From the NCBI GenBank assembly GCA_951406725.2, contig OX597831.1:77066001-77130000 (forward strand): 64,000 nucleotides of DNA, written 5' to 3'. This DNA is from Octopus vulgaris. Lineage: Eukaryota. How positions within the stretch are numbered: the stretch's first letter is position 1; the number at the start of each line of letters is the position of its first letter. The position numbers were made by a program, and so were the translations under genes. This document shows, piece after piece, positions 1 to 14,989 of the stretch. A model generated the notes under the pieces. It saw only the letters and a program-made list of their open reading frames with translations, did no database searches and was not told the DNA's origin.

Positions 1-249
1 TGCGAGAGGAGTAGAGGAGGGATAGGAAGAGATGAGAATGTAAGTGACGAATACGTATGAGGTGTATGCGCTGGGGTAATATGTTAGAAGGGCATTAAGG
101 GTTGGGTACAGATAAAGGTATAGGAGGGGGTTTTCTAAAGTGAGTAGTAAACCACAAAACGGAAGGTAAGAATACTAAAAATGGTCAAGTTTCTATAAAT
201 AGACTCACGTGTTCATTCTGCTAGCTAATATGATAGTGTGAACAGTGGA

Positions 250-650
250 ATCAGAGAGAAAGAAAGAAAGAAGTGTATATCAATATACGCACGCGCGCAC
301 GTATGTACATATGTGTGTGTATGCATTATTATATAGGTCTGCGTACTTGTGTATTTAAATACGTACCCATGCATGCATATATTTATATAAACATACATAT
401 ACACGTATATACATATACACATATACACATGCATGCATACACATACATATTCAAACATACATATACCTACATACACATATTTAGGCACGCAGACGCATCC
501 CATAAATACATGCATATACGCATATACGTACGCACATATACACGCATACATGCACACGTACACATACACGCACACACACACATATATATACATATACAAA
601 CATACATACATCCGCATGCGTACCCATATGCATGCCCATATGTGTCGTAT
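250..650. repeat. Degenerate (CA/TA/TACA)n low-complexity tract
   Basis: Alternating purine-pyrimidine repeats; source of the spurious H/T/Y/I ORFs. Confidence 0.9.
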
Positions 651-819
651 TAAACAATTAGAATAAGACTGGAGATTTAAAAAATTAACGGGAAGTCAAA
701 TAGGGTTCTTGGGGTTTACATAAGGGGTGTTAGGGATATATGCTGTGTGGTTATTTAGGTTGCATTCAGATTTGTGGTAAAATTTGAAGGTATGGAAAAA
801 GCGGTGGTTGCATATACCT

Positions 820-960
820 AGGGCATCTTATGTTTATTAGTTGTAATGAAGAGTTGTGTTTTAATATGTGGAATGCTTCTTTTAGGCATAACTTATAGGC
901 TGAGCGTTGACCTTGTTATCGAAGCCCTGAATCTATTATGGACCATGACACACCTCACAC
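820..960 (-). mobile_element. Degenerate Penelope-like element fragment (C-terminal part of GIY-YIG endonuclease)
   Basis: Minus strand reads SWSIIDSGLR*QGQRSAYKLCLKEAFHILKHNSSLQLINIR, resembling the PLE pattern W-x-I...C-x-LCL-x-E...LN-x-R; contains a stop. Confidence 0.5.
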
Positions 961-1917
961 ATATTTATTGCTTATATTCTTATCTCTCCCTACACCTCCC
1001 CTACTCCTCTCCCATCCCCCTCATAATATCTTGACCACCAACTGACATTCCTTTTTTCACTTTCTCTCCATGTTTTCATTTTCTCTTCCTCATTTTTTCC
1101 TTCTTCTTTTCTCACCTTTTCCTTTTACCTATCTCTTCATTTTAACATACACATCTCTTCTCCCCTCTCTATTCACTTAATACTACCACAACATTCTTAA
1201 ATTTTCATTCCCCCCACCCCCACAAGACCCCTTTGAATGAACAGCACATGGAATCTACGTTTCCACACTTTCCATTTGTGATGACAAAATATGAATTACT
1301 ATCCGACTTTACATACCATGGACAGGAAGCATTTCTACCACTTCTACGCACCACTTTCATCCTTTTGGTGTCGATAGATTAAGTACCAGTTGAACTCTGG
1401 GGTCGATCTAACCGACATATCCTCTCCCAGGAATTATCTGGCCTTGTGCCAAAATTAGAAATGAATATTTTATTATCATACATATTCGCGCGCACACGCA
1501 TACACACACATACACACACACATGCACACACATTCGCGCGCACACGCATACACACACATACACACACATACACACACACACATGCACACACATTCATGCC
1601 AGTGTCTTTCTTCCCACCACCGCTTGGTATGTTTACGTCCCTGTAACTAAGCGCTTTGGCAAGAGAGATCGATAGAACAAGTGCCGGGCTTAGAATGGAA
1701 AAACAAAGCACTAAGGTCGATTCATTCGACTAAAAAATTTTCAGATCGGTGCCCCAGCATGGCCGCAGTCAAATTACATAAACAAGCAATAAGAAAAAAA
1801 TATGTATGTACGAACAGACACACACACACACATACACGCATATTCATATATGTACATTTGTATACCTGTATATATATATATACACACATCCATGTGTGTG
1901 TGTGTGTATATATATAT

Positions 1918-2315
1918 ACTCTTTACTTGTTTCAGTCACTTGACTGCGGCCATGATGGAGCACCGCCTTTAGTCGAGCACATCGACCCCAGGACTTATTC
2001 TTTGTAAGCCCAGTACTTATTCTATCGGTCTCATTTGCGGAACCGCTAAGTTACGGGGATGTAAGCACACCAATATCGGTTGTCAAGCGATGTTGGGGGG
2101 GACAAACACAGACACACTAACATGTACACACACATACATATATGTACATATATACGACGGGCTTCTTTCAGTTTCCGTCTACCAAATCCACTCACAAAGC
2201 TTTGGTCGGCCCAGGCTATAGTAGTAGACACTTGCTCAAGGTGTCACGCAGTGGGACTGAACCTGGAACCATGTGGTTGGTTAGCAAGCTACTTACTACA
2301 TAACCACTCCTCCGC
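1918..2315 (-). mobile_element. tRNA-derived SINE family A (CORE-like centre, internal microsatellite, CR1/L2-type tail)
   Basis: Reverse complement of the consensus GGCGCAGGAGTGGCTGTGTGGTAAG...GGGTTCAGTCCC (A/B boxes)...GGCACCTTGGGCAAGTG...GGCGGTGCTCCAGCATGGCCGCAGTC...GAAACAAGTAAAAG, which recurs many times in the window. Confidence 0.9.
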
Positions 2316-2329
2316 CATATATACATTTA

Positions 2330-2362
<33 letters not shown>

Positions 2363-2379
2363 GTATTCCCTAATTCCAT

Positions 2380-4017
<1,638 letters not shown>

Positions 4018-4436
4018 GCATGTGTATATGTATGTATATTGTGTGTGCATCTATTTAAAGATGCTCTGCATTGATGGACGTCATCGTCTCCATATTGTCA
4101 TCACTACTCCTTAACCCGTATCAATAACAATATTTCGTCACGACCCTTTCTTTTCCCCACCTTTTTCTTCTTCTTCTCCTTCTCCTTCTACTTCTTCTCC
4201 TTCTCCTTCTTCTTCCATTCAATATCTTCCCCCTCCCCCCACCTCAACTTCCTCCCCAACATATTCCCACACTTTGCTGTTCCCATTCTACTTCTCATCT
4301 CTTTTCTCTCACTTCCGCATTTTTACACACCCCTCTCCTACACACACACACACACACACACATGCGCGCACACACCCTCTCTCTCTCTCTTTCTCTTTGT
4401 TGTTCCTCCCCTTTTATTTCTCTTTCTTTCTTTTCT

Positions 4437-4476
<40 letters not shown>

Positions 4477-4560
4477 CTGCTGTCGATCTCTGCATGTTTC
4501 TCCCTTTTTTATCGTCTTTTAATTTTCCTCCCCTTCACATGTCGTCATCACTTTTACTTA

Positions 4561-4638
<78 letters not shown>

Positions 4639-4730
4639 CGAACAAATTGACGAATTGACGAACGAACGAGGGAAAAATTGAACCAACCAGCACTCAGAGA
4701 CTGACGTAAACACTACATACACACTCATAT

Positions 4731-4813
<83 letters not shown>

Positions 4814-4837
4814 TACACACATACATACATACATACA

Positions 4838-4885
<48 letters not shown>

Positions 4886-5022
4886 GATAGAGAGATAGAT
4901 AAATATATATAAATAGCTACACAAATATATAAACATATACACAGGCAATCATATATATAGATAAATATATACATACAATACATACACACGCACCAACTCG
5001 TGCAGTTCTATCTTGGTTGGTC

Positions 5023-5030
5023 TATAAATA
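5023..5030 (+). promoter_or_regulatory. Candidate TATA box of the Cys-rich peptide gene
   Basis: TATAAATA in unique sequence, with a GTAAGT donor at 5191 and the ATG-bearing exon at 12702 beginning with a splice acceptor. Confidence 0.45.
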
Positions 5031-5054
5031 AAGCCAGTCTCCAGCGATCTAACG

Positions 5055-5190
5055 GCGTAGTTGAAGTTTAGATCGGAACAACGTAACGACTCATTTATTT
5101 ATTCACCAAACAACTTAGCACAGCCCCATTCAACACTACAGTACATCTCATTGTACCATACCAAAAGGACACCTATAATCCGATTAATTA
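5055..5190 (+). other. Candidate non-coding first exon of the Cys-rich peptide gene (TSS approximate)
   Basis: Unique sequence downstream of the TATA box, ending at tta|GTAAGT (5191); an alternative donor gcg|GTAAGT is at 5355. Confidence 0.4.
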
Positions 5191-5529
5191 GTAAGTATGA
5201 CAATCACTTCGTCTTTAATTAGCGTCCAATTAAGCCTATACTGTGACAGACAGCATTTTCGTTTTCTTATATTCATTGAAGTAGACGGAGACGTTTGTGT
5301 TTGTTAGTGTTAGAATTTTTTCATTGTTGCTTTGTTTAGAAGTTTCGCTTTGCGGTAAGTCCTACGTTACGTATTGTTTTCAAGTCTGTGTGTTTGTATT
5401 TGTATGGTCTGAGCCTGTTTCTGTCGGTATTCGCTTTTTGTCGACTTTTAATGTTTTATTATGTAATTATTGTACGGGTATAGACGGATTATATACTTGT
5501 ATATGTGCGTAGTTATTAACATTTTTCCT

Positions 5530-5608
5530 TCCATCCATCCATCCATCCATCCATCCATCCATCCATCCATCCTTCTATTCATCCATCCATCAAACCATCT
5601 ATCTATAC

Positions 5609-5650
<42 letters not shown>

Positions 5651-5712
5651 CTCTATCTCTCTATCTATCTATCTATCTATTTACCAACCACCCTGTCTAT
5701 ATGTCTATCTTC

Positions 5713-5786
<74 letters not shown>

Positions 5787-5939
5787 GTCTGTCTGTCTGT
5801 CTGTCTGTGTGTCTGTCTGTGTGTCTGTCTGTCTGTCTGTGTCTGTATGTCTGTCTGTCTGTCTCTGTCTGCCTGTCTGTCTATCTATTTGTCTGTCTAT
5901 CTATCTATCTATCTGTCTATCTATCTATCTGTCTATCTA

Positions 5940-5970
<31 letters not shown>

Positions 5971-5981
5971 CTCTCTGTCTG

Positions 5982-6015
<34 letters not shown>

Positions 6016-6800
6016 GATCACTGTGTGTCTGTCTATCTATTGATCGATCGATCGATCTATGCGTGTGTGTGCTTTTTTTTCTTTGAGATTTATTTCCAGT
6101 TTTTCCTTGGTAGAATTCAAGTTGGTCACAAATAGTGGCAAGGTTCTTCTCTTCAAGTCATGTGTGTATGTATATACACACACATACATACATACACACA
6201 CACTCAGACATACATACATACATACATACATACACACACACATACATACATACATACATACATACATACATACATACACACTCAGACATACATACATACA
6301 TACATACATACATACATACACGCACACTCATACATACATACATACATACATACATACATACATACACACTCAGACATACATACATACATACATACATGTA
6401 TACATACATATATACATACATACATACATACACACACACTCAGACATACATACATACATACACACACACTCAGACATACATACATACATACATACATACA
6501 CACTCAGACATACATACATACATACATACATGTATACATACATATATACATACATACATACATACATACACACACACTCAGACACACATACATACACACA
6601 CACTCAGACACACACACATACATACATACATACATACATACATGTATACATACATATATACATACATACATACATACACACACACTCAGACATACATACA
6701 TACATACATACACACAAACTCAGACATGCATACATACATACATACATACATACACACATGCATATATGCATAGATTCATACATGCATACATACATACATT
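5530..6800. repeat. Compound tetranucleotide microsatellite (CCAT)n-(CT)n-(CTAT)n-(CTGT)n-(TACA)n with CACTCAGA-punctuated units
   Basis: Directly visible. Confidence 0.95.
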
Positions 6801-7199
6801 TTGTTGTTGGCCCTCCGTCGGTTACGACGACGAGGGTTCCAGTTGATCCAATCAACGGAGCAGCCTGCTGCTCGTGAAATTCTTACTATATCTGGAAGTT
6901 CTTACTATATCTTTTTGTTCCGTTTTATGTAATTTCTAAAAGTTCTCTTGTAAAATTGTGGAATACTAAATAATGAAGTTTCCTATCAGGTTTCAATCCG
7001 GGTATTGTGTTTGCCACCCACTTATTCTTTCATTTGGCGAATTCATTAATTATTCCGCCAGTATAATTTTAATCATTACCATACTGGAAAAATCTATGAC
7101 GGTTTAGAATGATTCATGGATCTTGGAAGAATCATCTTCTCTGAGAAAACGATGCTTCTTTGAGAAAATTCTTCCGAAAATTCAGTTAGGTAAAGGTGA

Positions 7200-7570
7200 T
7201 TGTGTTGTAGGGTAAAAGTTGAGGGAAGTGGTAAAGGGAGTTTTGAGGAGCCGATATACCTCTGCTGTGGGGGACGACCATGTTATCCGATAATCGTGGG
7301 GGTTAGAAGCTTGGAATACACAAGGGAAAAGAGATTCAGTTGAAGAGGTTTAGGGTATAGCTGATGTCTGTAATGTATGTCGGTTAGATGGAGATAAACG
7401 ATACCAGCAATTTGTTGAGGTACCCGGAGAGGAGTTCCGTTTGACAATTACAGATAGAAACAATAGAACCGACGGGATTGCAGGGTTTGTAAATTGGGAT
7501 TAAGAAGTTCATGTGAAAATACAAAGCACGGTAAGGGTTAGGGTTAATAGTAGAGTCAGAAGAAATGAGG
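7200..7570 (-). mobile_element. Degenerate Penelope-like reverse transcriptase fragment
   Basis: Minus strand reads FLIPIYKPCNPVGSIVSICNCQTELLSGYLNKLLVSFISI*PTYITDISYTL, matching the PLE RT pattern LPKIHKP..PGRPIVS...PTE.IS.YLD..L.P....LPTYIKDT. Confidence 0.65.
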
Positions 7571-10009
7571 GTTAATGCTTACATCTTGTAACCGAAATGA
7601 GTTATTGTACGGACTGTCCATTATGCCCTTTTCCAGACATAACTTCCCAAGTTAGGATTTTATCGCAACCATACTTCACACCGGCTGAAATTTGGATTCT
7701 TGCACTCTGAGTGAAATTCTTCACTTGTACGATGCCTCATTACACTCGGTCGTCAGACCTAAATAAACCAAAATTTCATTTAAAGCCCTCTCCTTCAATA
7801 CTATACCCCCCTCGGTCATGGCTCCTCTCCTACAAACTTCTAGGTGGTCTCACTAATGCCAGTGCCACGTGGAAAGCACTCATTATGCTCTGGAATCGAA
7901 GGGCATCCAACTGTAAAAACCATGAGCCTTGCAAAAGCAGACATTGGAAATTGACTCAGTCATCTGGCTCGATGAGATTTATATGAGATTTATTCGTTTT
8001 TATGCCGGCGGACCCACAACTGAAGTCTTGTGTAATTTCTTACTGCGATGTTTGGGATGGAGATGGTCGTGACGTTATTGATGTAGAAGCTGGTGCGAGA
8101 TATGCGGCGATTGCAATTGAAAGTATCTTGTGTAGAATTCCTGAGGAATCTGAGAACTTTTAAAACATTACAGAGCCTCTCTCTCTCTCTCTCCCTCTCT
8201 CTCTCCCCAAACAAGTTCTCCTTTGTTTAGTTAGAGATTAAGTTTTATCTCTTTCAAGAGAGACTAAACGAGTTCGATTCTCATACCGATGCACAATGCT
8301 TCTATCGTGGGACCCAGTAAAAGGCTTTCTACCATCGCAGAAGGATTGGAACCGTCGGTGGAGGAGGATTTTTACCAATCATGCACTGAAGCACTTCAAC
8401 TCAATCTAATTCATCCTGTAAGATTCTCTTTTCCACGGACATCGAGTCACTATGCACCATTGCCCCCATTGCACATGTACATCAACACTGCAGGCACCAC
8501 CTAGACCGCTTCCTTTAAAATGGAACCACATCTCAGTTATATTTCAACCAAATTTCTTCAGACATTTTTTGAAGAATTAAAGAACTAGTATTGGTGTCGA
8601 TGGTCTCTGCGAGTGAGTGACAAGTTTTGCTGCGGATTGTTTGGCAGGGCCAATATTTGGTTCTGCAAATGCTGGAATAATATCATATGTCGTAATCTGG
8701 GTCTTTTACGTCGTAAATATATTTGTTTTAAGGGTTTTCGTGGTAATTCTCAAAGAAGCGTCGACCGTGTTTTACTTGTAACATAGCTATGTTTTGGTCA
8801 TATAAAAGATTTTGTGAAAGTTTGGATGCGTGAGAAAGTTTGTATAAAATCTGTAGATTTTATACAATCGGTTGATGTCCACAATCGATGAATACGCGTG
8901 ACATTGCATCTCTCTTCAGTAGATAGTTACTTTTTTTATTCCTTCTTTTATCTTCTTGTTTCCATCATCAGAACGCGGCCATACTGGGGCACCGCCTTGA
9001 AGAATTCTTAGTCGAATAAATCTCGACACCAGTTCTTTTTTTAAAGCTTGTTTCTTATTCTCGCAGTTTATTTTAACTCTTTCCAATGTTATTGTAATTA
9101 AGACGAAAGGTAATCTTAAGGTAGGGCTTTAGATTTTTGTTTTTCCATCTCTATTCTTCGTCTACAACTTTTGTTCATCGCTTTTGAAATCTGAATAAAT
9201 TTGACCTTTTTTAAAACATATGACAGTAAAGTGCCAAGTCGAAAAAAAGAAGCGAATTTATTTCTCAACCCAATATATCTCTGACTTTCCACTAACGAAA
9301 TAAATCGGCGAACTCGCAGAATCGTCAGCATGCCAAGGCAGTGATGCAAAGCGGCATTTCGTTCGTCAATGCATTCTGAGTTCAAATTCTGCCGGGGTTG
9401 ACTCTGTTTTTCATCCTTTCGAGGTCGATAAAATAAGTACCAGTTATGCACTGGAGTCGATATAATCGACTTAGTCCCCTCCCCGAAATTGTTGAGTTTG
9501 TGTCAAAATTTGAAACCGATATATTTATAATAATCCTTCATTATTTAAACAAAGCAGCGAGTCGGCAAACATACAGACTTGTTTCAGATAAATAATTACA
9601 GGGTTCGCTTCAATGGGTTTCCTACAGCAGACGGAGTCAATATTACGTTTAAGGTAGCTTCACCCATCCGCAAGCGTAAAACCTTGAACAAAGCTGCATA
9701 AGGATGTTCTACCTTAGATGAAAATGTATTACAACTGAATCAACAAAATTCGCATAAATTCCACGTCAAAAGAAACGAGGACACTTATCCAGCAGAAACA
9801 CATGTCGGATTGGAATTTAATGAGAATAACACTATTCTAAAACAAATTTTGAAGATGTATAATTCTCCATTCTTCTTTATGACGTCTTGGTTATATAATC
9901 CGGAGGTTGTATGAAATCTAATGAAGCGACAGTAGGTTCTACCTCTCGAGTGAAGAACCTTGCATTTGCTTATCTTAAACAATTCTATATGTTCCCTATC
10001 ATTCGATGT

Positions 10010-10049
<40 letters not shown>

Positions 10050-10055
<6 letters not shown>

Positions 10056-10354
10056 ATCACGTGACCGACCAGGCTATCAGGTGTTGCTACACATCGCTGG
10101 TCACAATGCGCTTCGCATTGTTTTAGCCTTCAAATAACGCCACCCCGCTGGCTAAGCGAGCAGGCCAACAGAAAAAAGTGTGAGAGAAAGTTGTGGCGAA
10201 AGAGTACAGCAGGGATCGCCACCATCCCTTGCCGGAGCCTCGTGGGGCTTTAGGTGTTTTCACTCACTAAACACACACAACGCCCGGTCTGAGAATCGAA
10301 ACCGCGATCCTACGACCACAAGTCCGCTGCCCTAAACATTGGGCCATTGCGCCT

Positions 10355-10357
<3 letters not shown>
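10050..10357 (-). mobile_element. tRNA-derived SINE family C (second copy at about 13780-14014, minus)
   Basis: Reverse complement starts GGAGGCGCAATGGCCCAATGTTTAGGGCAGCGGAC...GGTTTCGATTCTC (pol III A/B boxes); inserted in (TA)n. Confidence 0.85.
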
Positions 10358-10451
<94 letters not shown>

Positions 10452-10738
10452 GAGAGAGAGAGAGAGGTCATGCTCTTTATATGCTCTTTGACAACCGATG
10501 CTAGTGCGTTTACGTCCCCGTAAATTAGCAGTTCGGCAAAAGAGACCGATAGAATAGGTACTAGGCTTACAAAGAATAAGTCCTGGGTTCGATTTGCTCC
10601 ACTAAAGGTGGTGCTCCAGCATGGCCGCAGTCAAATGACTGAAACACTTAAAAGAATAAAAGAATCCACTTGAATGGAACTAGTCGTATATCGTTCAAAG
10701 ATATTATGGTCCACACGTGCCTCTCACACACACATAGG

Positions 10739-10802
<64 letters not shown>

Positions 10803-11884
10803 TTACAGAGGTAAATAAACAGAAAAACATTGTGTCCCTTGTTCCGTTGGTTGGAGACGAACCGGCGCTCCAGTTGTTCAGGACGATGGAATCTTCTTTG
10901 TCCTGTCAACGACCACAGTAACTAATGAGCTGAGGAAGTGACATTTGATCCCAACACGGTCACGGAGAGTTGATAAAAAAAAATCAAAATGCCACCCTTT
11001 AAAAAGTCGACGGGCATTGGTGTTATGAGTTCAGTTGGGAAGAGACAGTCAGTCGATGCGTGACAGCTAGCCAGACGTGTGAGCGGAGCGGACATGGGAG
11101 ATGGTGGAGATGGCGAGAGGCAACAGCAAAGCGAGGAAGGCAGGCAGTGAATGTGAGAAATGACAAGCGGGAGGAAATAAGGAAGATGGTAGTGAAGGGG
11201 GCAGAGAGAGACATTTTGAATTCGGACTGATATAGTGGGGATTTTGTGATGAATATTGCGGACGAGGAACATGCAGTAATGTTTATTTATGTTTGAATTT
11301 GTTGTTAAATGCTTTTGTGGAGAAAAAAAAAGAGAAAAGAAATCTTTGAGAACGAACTCTCTGTGTTATAAGAAAAAGAACATTGTGTTAGAAGAAAGAG
11401 AAAAGAAATAGAAAAAGAACTGTAGAATGTGTTGGTAGAGGAGGGAGAAAAGAAAAGGAAGAAACTTTAAGAGACTGTTAATTGATTTGTTTAGAAAAAT
11501 CGAACGGTTGTACTTTGTTTAAATGTATTTGATTGTTATTCGAGTGTAAAAAAAAGCAAGATAAATGAAAATATACGAGATAAAAAACGATTACCTATGT
11601 ACTAATTAGTTTCACTTGTTAATATTTACGTATATGGATACGCAAACATCTGCAAGATCATCAGCATAGTCTGTGGTTTACAAAACACAATTTCCAGAAC
11701 TAGATACAGAACACATTCTTCCTGAAAAAATGCGATTTTGACGTCTATATCTAGCATAAGGGCTGTCTACTTTTAGTGGTCAGTCCTCTAAATTTTGCAT
11801 GTAAAAAAATTTTTAATCTTCGGATTTTTTAAAGAATATGCTAGACCACTAGTTTTAATTGATTAATATCAATTTCTACCCTTA

Positions 11885-11946
<62 letters not shown>

Positions 11947-12234
11947 TGTCATGTTATAGGTCTAACAGCCACTGACCTATTTCCAGCAACTATGAAAAAT
12001 ATCTACGTAGATTTTTTTTATTATATTATCCAGAAACAATGAGATCTTTCTGGGGCAAGCATTGAATGCACTCTTAAAAATCTATGAACTCGCAAATATC
12101 CGCATGAACAACCCTAAATAGATAAACAAGCAAACAAAAGATTATTAGCAGTGTATGAGAAAGACTGCAGTCATGGTTATGTGATTCTGTATTTCGGTCA
12201 CTGGAGCCTAATTTTGACGACATACTTAACAAGC

Positions 12235-12530
12235 GTGTAGAACTGGGTTAGTGGTTAGGGTGTCGGACTCATGAGTGTAAGATTGTGGTTTCGGTTCCTG
12301 GGCCAGACGAAACACGTTGTGTTCTTGAGCAAAACACTTCATTTCACGTTGCTCCAGTACCACTCAGCTGGCAAAAAAAAAGAAAATGCGTAATCCTGCG
12401 ACGGACCGGCGTCCCGTCCAGCTGGGGCAACTCATACGCCATAGAAAACCGTGAAATCAGGAAAAGACGGGAAACCGGAAAACCGTAAAACCAGGAAGCC
12501 GGCCCTTATAAGTCGGTATAACTCGAGAAG
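12235..12530 (+). mobile_element. tRNA-derived SINE (degenerate)
   Basis: TAGTGGTTAGGGTGTCGGACTC...GGTTTCGGTTCC head followed by a TGTGTTCTTGAGCAAAACACTT SINE-type central block. Confidence 0.65.
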
Positions 12531-12723
12531 AAAACTGTACCTTTTTTCATCCCAACTACCACCATAGCAGAAATCCTCCTCTTCCTTATCCTCATCATCC
12601 TCATCATCATCCTCATCATCATCAACAGTAACAACTATAAAGGCTACAAAAGCATAAAGTAGTAATTTTTTCCCCCCCGTTTTTCCTTTCTTTCTTTCCA
12701 GACCAAAACCCTCCGCAGACATC

Positions 12724-12787
12724 ATGCTAAAACAGATTATCGTCGTCCTCATGCTCTCCAGCTCCATTTTAGCCTTCAGCCTTTTCT
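12724..12787 (+). CDS. Small secreted 8-Cys peptide, coding exon 1 (signal peptide MLKQIIVVLMLSSSILAFSLF); exon starts at 12702
   Basis: Polypyrimidine tract + CAG acceptor (12701), ATG at 12724, hydrophobic signal-peptide-like stretch, phase-1 GTGAGT donor at 12788. Confidence 0.85.
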
Positions 12788-13321
12788 GTGAGTAATTTAC
12801 ATTTCATTCTATTCACTCATTTTATCTTTTATTTGTTTCAATCATTAGACGGTGCCCATGCTGGGGCACCGCTTTGGAGAATTTCTATTTATTTAGTCGA
12901 ATGAATCAACACCAGCTACGTTTCTTTTTTAACCTGGAACTTATTCTATCGATCCCTTTAGCCGAAACGCTAAATCACGGGGACGTAAACTCACCAGCAC
13001 CGGTTGTCGAGTGGTAGTGGCGGACAAACAGACAGACACACTCATATATACATACATACATATGTATGTATGCCTTTCATCCATATGTATGCCTTTCATC
13101 CATTCGGGGTCGATAAATTAAGTACCAGTTAGGCACCGGGGACGATGTAATCGACTTAATCCCTTTGTTTGTTCTTGTTTGTCCCCTCTGTGTTTAGCCC
13201 CTTGTGGGCAGTAAAGAAATAAGAAATTGTTGAAAAGGTAACCTGCTCAGGAGAAGGGTCCTCTCCCTTTGCTCTCCTATTTGCTACGTTTAATATTGTC
13301 TTTTTTCCATTTTCGTTGCAG

Positions 13322-13400
13322 TTGATAATTGTCCTCCTGGGGTGGCTGTAGTCATGTGTGCCAAGAACCCTTGTGAAAATGTCTCCAACAAGTGGTGTCG
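13322..13400 (+). CDS. Small secreted 8-Cys peptide, coding exon 2 (F-DNCPPGVAVVMCAKNPCENVSNKWC-R)
   Basis: ttttcgttgCAG acceptor, GTGAGT donor at 13401, phase 1 to phase 2, in frame with both neighbours. Confidence 0.85.
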
Positions 13401-13439
13401 GTGAGTACAACATTGTAACAATTATCGCTGTTGTTCCGT

Positions 13440-13576
13440 TGTCGTCGTCGTCGTCTTCTTCTTCTTCTTCTTCTTCTTCTTCTTCTTCTTCTTCTTCTTC
13501 TTCTTCTTCTTCTTCTTCTTCTTCTTCTTCTTCTTCTTCTTCTTCTTCTTCTTCTTCTTCTTTTTCTTCTTCTTCC
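13440..13576. repeat. (GTC)n-(TTC)n trinucleotide microsatellite
   Basis: Directly visible; source of the poly-E/poly-S ORFs. Confidence 0.95.
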
Positions 13577-14229
13577 AATCAGGACTCATGCCACTAGCCA
13601 CAAAGAATAATCTCTAATTCGAGCCTACTCTAAGCTACTAAGAATGCGTGTGGCAACTCGAAGATCCACCCAACACACGCGATAGACTGGCCGTTGCACG
13701 GGAGCGAAAGTTACGTTGTTATCCTCATTCCGTAAACGGTGGCTTTTAACGGGTGGAGAGCTGAACCATCCAAGGGTACAAAGGATTCGCAATCTAGACT
13801 AGGGTCTGGTGGCAGAAGTAGGAAGAAAGAATGAGAGAAAGTTGTGGTGAAAGGGTACAGCGGGGTTCAGTCCCCTTCCCCATCCCCCGCCGGAGCCTCG
13901 TGGAGCTTAGGTGTTTTTGTTCAATAAACACTCACAATGCCCGGTCTGGGAATCGAAATCGCGTTCTTACGACCGCGAGACCGCTGCCCTAACCACTGGG
14001 CCATTGCGCCTCCACTCCGTTGTTGTTGTTTCTGTTTTGCCTCGGATCAGACGTGGTTTACTTGATCCAGGATCAAAAGCATTCCAGCCGTGATTATCCA
14101 GTCTTTTACCCGAGTGCATCAATTTATACAGTACCATACTATCAAACGTGACCTTTCTTAAGGGCGCATTCGATAATACAGGAGTGATTTGTTCGATATA
14201 TATCTAGCAAGTTTATCTCCTTTGCTGAC

Positions 14230-14870
14230 AGCTGGTTTTAACTCCAGACAGAACCCTCATCTATTAGACTTATCGGCGAAGAAACCTTTCTTGTTCATTG
14301 CTTTTTTTAGCCCCAGAAAAAAATCCCTTGTCCGCTAAACATATCAACAATGCAATCTCTTGATGATTGCTATTGCTAGCCCCAGTTAAGCCTTTATCCT
14401 GCGGATTTATTTGCGAAGACCCCCTCATTTTATCCCCAGAACAGTCTTTATCCAGTAGACCCTTTATCCAGCAGATTTATTTGCGAAGACACACTTCATT
14501 GATTGGTGGTTTAGCTCCAGACCGAGCCTTTATCTTGTAGATTTATCAGTGAAAGCCTAGTGAAGCCTTTATCGAGTAAATTTATCAGTGATAGCCCCAG
14601 TTAAGCCTTTATCTAGCAGATTTAATTGCGAAGACGCCCTTGTTTTACCCCAGAACAGTCTTCATCAAATATACCTCTCAACGGAAAGGCCCCTCGTTGA
14701 ATACTGTTGTTAACTCCAATTCAGGCCTTATTCAGTAAACTAATTGTAAAGAGACTCCTTTGTTCATAGCCTTAGACGTGCCCTTATAAACTTATCAAAC
14801 AAAGGGACCTAGTAGTTCTGGATTGTTGATTCTAGACCCCAGGCTGGTCCTTATGCCATAGGGGCCTGTT
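14230..14870 (+). repeat. Degenerate minisatellite-like array
   Basis: Recurring TAGCCCCAG...GCCTTTATC...GATTTAT..GCGAAGAC units of variable length. Confidence 0.6.
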
Positions 14871-14938
14871 TTATTTTTCGAGGGAGTAGATTCCTATTGT
14901 TTTTTATCTTTTACTTGTTTCTGTCATTAGACTACGGC

Positions 14939-14989
<51 letters not shown>

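Noticed and set aside
8289-8504. 71-aa + strand ORF as an exon of the peptide gene
   Set aside because: No convincing acceptor, it lies upstream of the signal-peptide ATG exon, and there is no recognisable homology.
9600-9990. Possible Penelope RT C-terminal relic on minus (ORF 9785-9982)
   Set aside because: Similarity is too weak to call by eye.
10280-10357. tRNA-like sequences (also at 13940-14014, 42494-42568, 52359-52426 and the SINE A/B heads)
   Set aside because: No complete acceptor stem or cloverleaf, and each continues into a repeat body; they are SINE heads, not tRNA genes.
10800-11600. Possible solo LTR(s) beginning TGTTA
   Set aside because: No matching CA end, TSD, PBS or second LTR could be identified.
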